This document shows, piece by piece, positions 59,769 through 64,000 of a stretch of DNA of 64,000 bases. Both the position numbers and the translations under genes were made by a program. The stretch is from the NCBI GenBank assembly GCA_001949185.1, contig BDGG01000011.1:326123-390122 (forward strand). Reading direction: 5' to 3'. The notes below the pieces were generated by a model. The model was not told the origin of the DNA. It ran no database searches and saw nothing but the letters and a program-made list of their open reading frames with translations. The first letter of the stretch is position 1. Each line of letters begins with the position of its first letter. This DNA comes from Ramazzottius varieornatus. Its lineage: Eukaryota; Animalia; Tardigrada.

Positions 59769-60488
59769 ACCACTTTCTCAATTCCACTTTACCTTTAACT
59801 GTGACTATTCTCAGAGGATAGAAGTTGATGACTGATCCGGTTCAGCTTTCAGAACCACAACCGACAATCTCTCATACCCGTATGCCAATTTGAATTCGAA
59901 GTGTTGTTCAGTTTGATATCTCGATCTGAACTAATCTTCAAAAAATATTTTTGTAAATGCTCCTGGAAAACTTACGCTAATCGCGGGCTTCGATTAGCGA
60001 GTCTCAACCTCTCGTGATTAGAGCAAAGAGTGGGCGGATTAAATCATCAGGACTAATCAAATATCCTACGCTAGTCAAGTTTGATATCAACCTCCCCAGT
60101 GACTCGGTTGAATCGACTGAAGATCATGATTTTACGGGACCTTCGTTCAGTCCCATCGTACCTAGGATCGCTCCTATCGATCCATTCAAAAGGACATGGT
60201 TCAGCCCTTCGGGAAAGCCGCCATCACGGAATCAAATTCCCTTTCACTCGCACATACGGCTACGGTGGACAAGGCGCAAGGGACAACCCTGCCAAGATTG
60301 GTTCTTGATTTATGAAAGAACGAGTTTGCGATAGGGCTATCATTTATTGGCTGTTCTCGAGTACGGTCGTTGTCCGACCTAGCGTTTCTGCTATATTTTG
60401 ATTTTGACCGCCTTGCTAAGCTGGCAAATTCTCCTTTAATACAAGAGAAAGTTGCCGAGGAAAAACGATTACTTGCATTAGGCAACAC

Positions 60489-60566
60489 AACGCAGTAAAA
60501 GTGCTCGCTCTACAATGGTTTGCCTCCTTTGCTCGGCCTTTCTAGTGGTCACAACCACTAGCTAGT
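60489..60566 (+). mobile_element. 3' end of the Helitron/Helentron-like repeat, copy 3
   Basis: TTTGCCTCCTTTGCTCGGCCTT identical to copy 1, and a perfect 8-bp hairpin CTAGTGGT-CACA-ACCACTAG followed by CTAG-T. Confidence 0.65.
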
Positions 60567-60651
60567 AGTTTAGATAAGTTTCTCCGGTGTGAGGTGGTCG
60601 TTTGATTATTACAATCCACGGAGAACCACCCATCTGGTCGGTCTGGCTACG

Positions 60652-60964
60652 CTATTGAGCGGGTCGCGGGGGTCGACGGTTCACGTTGACGTTTCGGTAG
60701 TTGTTCATCATATTAATGTTACGGTATGGACCGTTCATGTTCATCTGACGAGCCGGTACTGGTCCAGTAAAAGGGTTCATCGGTCCGTTTCCGGCACCGG
60801 GCATTGGCAGTGGTACGGGGCCGCCCATCTGCCCATGAACTACGGCTCCTGTCACAGACAAAAATCCTTTCGAGATGCAATTCCGGTAAATTTGAGGAGA
60901 AAGCAAGGTTGAGCTTGAACTTACCGCAGCACAAGGCAACAGCCAATAAAATGAGGTGTTCCAT
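60652..60964 (-). CDS. Two-exon 78-aa secreted Pro/Gly/Asn/Met/Arg-rich peptide
   Basis: Exons 60964-60925 and 60848-60652 (GTAAGT...GACAG) give MEHLILLAVALCCGAVVHG-QMGGPVPLPMPG...NRRPPRPAQ. Confidence 0.65.
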
Positions 60965-62697
60965 CTTTTCTGGATAAATTTATGTTTTTTCTTTATCAGC
61001 TCAAACCAACGTTGACGACGACTGAAATGGTTCCTTATTCTGTTCGTGTTCAGCGGTTCATAAGAAGAGAGACCAAGGTAACGTCGGTCGGCTTTGTCCG
61101 CCGAAAAGCCACCGGCGGGACAAACCGGTTAAAAATCGGGGTAAGAGCTAATAATTTTGCCATATTACCATGGAGAGCCGCACGAAGACTCCTCGCAGAT
61201 GAGGTCTCTCGTCGTCGTTCTCGCAGGTGACTTTATTGGCAATCAGCCAACCGAAGACTAAACACCAGGGCAGGCGTGTTGATTCTTTGGTCGATTCTCC
61301 TCGCTGTTCACTGCGTCCACCGTAAGTACAGTCATTTAACCGTTAACCGAAAAGTGGAACGTTGGCAAAATGCAGCGGTGGGAACGGCGGTTAGCAACAC
61401 TTACTGAACCCCACCTACTGTATGCGATGAGTTTTAGGGTTTATTTTCCTCTTCATACTTGTATCGCTAGCGGGTTCTTGTGTACTTGGTAAAGGCACGG
61501 GTGTTAGCAGACAGGATCCATTGTAAAATGCGCATTTTTTGGGGCGGGCGCACTCGCACTGTGTTTCAAACTTGTACCGCTGCGGTGGGTAGCGGGCAGT
61601 TCTGACTTTGCACATTACTCAGGCTCACAATCAATCGATACAGCATTGTGCACGCCATGCGCGACCGCGGAACTGCCTGCCGCTTCGTAACTGACTGTAA
61701 AAGGTGCCAGTAGTGTAACCGCAACCCATTTGTCCAGTTTCCATGCGTAACGTCGTCTCCACGCAGTTTTACAGCATTTTGTTCGACTGGGATTAAGACA
61801 CTGAGGAAACCAACGCCTGATACATATGCAAGCTCTAAACATGCGTGTGGTTCGCAGTGGATGGAAATGTTCGACGACTCGCTAGCTGACGAGCGGGTCT
61901 TGTGGACTTAGGACGAGCGGGTATGTCAGGCCATTGGTTTGAATGTTGGAACATTTCAGAACAGTAACCTTTCACATCACGACTATTGCAACAGTCCACA
62001 TGATCGTTCCAGAAGCAGTCTTTCAGAAGTCTAAACCGGTACAGTCCCCACGCTCGAAATGTGTAGTTACGAACAGCCATCAGCGTAGAGGTTCAATATG
62101 TGATTAAGCAGTTTCAATTGCACGTTTCGAGCGTGGGACTTCAGTTCTAAACGACCTTTGACTGACCTCGAACGGTTTGCTTACATTTCGTTTTCAGGCT
62201 ATGGATGAGCTCCAATTAGCTTAACTGAAAGTAATGAAACCTAAACTAATATAAGAACAAGCACGTTCAGTTTTTCTTCCCTAAAATATAAACTAGCGTT
62301 ATTCGGAAGAGCTGCAAATATGCTTGTGTAGTTTTCGTTGAGAAATTTCTTCCGTAAAGGTCCACGTGCTCGTCACAAGGTTTTTTGGGTTACAATAGTA
62401 TAGGGGTAGGATACTGCTGTTAAGTTAGAGCAGACTTCATGAACGTCAGAATTACTGTCTGAAATACGCACAGTTTTTCTGCTCGGTATATCCTTCGTTT
62501 TAGCACGCCATACTCGGTTTAGAACATAGGATCGCACGTCAGAACGTTGCGAAGTGCCGTAACATTTTTGTCTTAGTTTTGACATATCTCTGAACACGTC
62601 GCCACACTGCTTGCGACAAATGAAAGTAAAACGCTATGAATTGCAGTCAAAAAGTTGGGCCATCGGCAGGGTCAAAAGAGATAAAATTGCATTGACT

Positions 62698-63640
62698 CTA
62701 AACTACATCAGATTTTGTACCTTGAATACGGGCATGCGGAAAGATCTTGCCTGCGGTGTTGATCATAGCTCGCTTAAAGTCGACCACATTGTCCTTTGGC
62801 TTCGGTCCTTCATCAAGGCGGGATGGCGTAGCTTCCAGCTCGTCGCGAATTCCGCGAAAGAGCCTTACGTTTGTGGCTCCGCTCTTTTTTGGCAATTGCG
62901 CTTTCAACAGAAGAATTCGATAAACGAAAGTTTAGACGAAACGACTACATTCAGAAATGTTTTCAACATGCTCAAACCATCTGTAAATGTAGTCGTTTCG
63001 TTTAAACGTTCGTTCATCGAATCCCTCTGCCGAAAGTGCTACTTCCCTAACAAGAGCGGAACAATACCGGAGAACCTAGATCGTATACAGCTGGGGAAAC
63101 AGCTTGGGAACAGTTTGAATCGTCTCATCCAATTATCCATAATCCAAATTGTAGGGGAACGCAGGTAATGGAAGTCTTCCCCTTGAGGACGATCATGCGC
63201 TGCGGATCAGTCTCGTGTCGAACAAAACACTACCCCACCCGAGGTCGCTCTTTTCCATATACGTGTTGACATCGATGTCTTCCAGCTTCTCTGGGACTGG
63301 CATTTGCATCCTTATTTGCTGCCGCGCGATTCGATGTGTGCGGACGGAAGATGGCCGTTTACTTCTATCGGGATATTCTGAACCAGGTCGCTGAACAATC
63401 GTCGAGGTTTGATCAAGCTCTGTCTGACGCGTTCTCTTAAGGCCGCTTTGGCATTTCCCGCTTCCGTTTCGTTCGCGTTGGCCACATGGGTATGTTCGGC
63501 AGAAGACAGGACATTTTTCTGACGAACCAGAGTAATTATCCCCTTGAAGCCTTAACTCTTTTCTCCTGCGATTCTAGTAGGTGCGGTCATGAAGCGAATT
63601 CCGGTCTTGGTGCAGGTGTAGCCTCCATACACAATCCAGT
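62698..63640 (-). pseudogene. Mutator-like (FLYWCH-MULE) transposase relic
   Basis: FLYWCH-like region IVYGGY...AEHTH...KAALRERV...LPS and MULE core LPKK...RLF...VVDFKRAMINTAGKIFPHARIQG. Confidence 0.65.
62908..63029. mobile_element. MITE (122 bp) inside the MULE relic
   Basis: About 44-bp TIRs CAGA(A/G)GA..TTCGAT.AACGAA.GTTTA.ACGAAACGACTACATT; no TSD recognised. Confidence 0.7.
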
Positions 63641-64000
63641 CGCTCGAGATGGGGACAAAAATTTTCCGATTTCAAAACACGAAATCATTCGAGGTAAAGA
63701 CAACGTCTCGCTAAGTCCACTACAGCCGAATACGTGCCATTTGATACTAGATTACATCGGTTAAGGCATTGTGTCCTACCCCTGTCTTAATATAACGTGG
63801 ATTCTTTCCCATTCTGAGCTCCCAGAGTGTCAACCTTAGTTTCCGGCCATCTTCATCTTCAGGAATGGATCTTCTTCGGCCTTAGCCACCGCAGTTTGCG
63901 CTGAAACGTCCGATGGCTGCTCAGGTCCGTTGCTGGCTGCCGCGGTGGTGGTAGACATGTCGCGTAATGGCAGGGAGCAGTTGCTCCACAAACAATGCGT

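Overview
Eukaryotic (invertebrate animal) genomic DNA with many short GT-AG introns (about 55-110 nt). A compact genome such as a tardigrade is my guess only and is not verified. All domain calls are by-eye motif recognition; no searches were run. Host genes: a 5'-truncated C2-domain protein, an Ikaros/Hunchback-type C2H2 zinc-finger factor, an NFAT (Rel-homology) factor, a secreted astacin homologue lacking its catalytic residues, a PDZ-containing nitric oxide synthase, an AT-hook + ALKBH4-like protein lacking the Fe ligands, adenylate kinase 2, and three small secreted proteins. The most striking accessory feature is a decayed Polinton/Maverick-like block (about 22.9-30.3 kb). It carries a protein-primed PolB with apparent introns, an intronless TATA-binding-protein homologue, a BIR/IAP gene, a DEDD-like nuclease split by a hAT MITE, and an acidic activator-like ORF. 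Other mobile DNA: a full-length but defective Tc4/Tc5-like element (about 145-bp TIRs, TCA duplication in CTCAG), pogo and MULE relics, three Helitron/Helentron-type short repeats, several MITEs and a dispersed palindrome family found mostly in introns.
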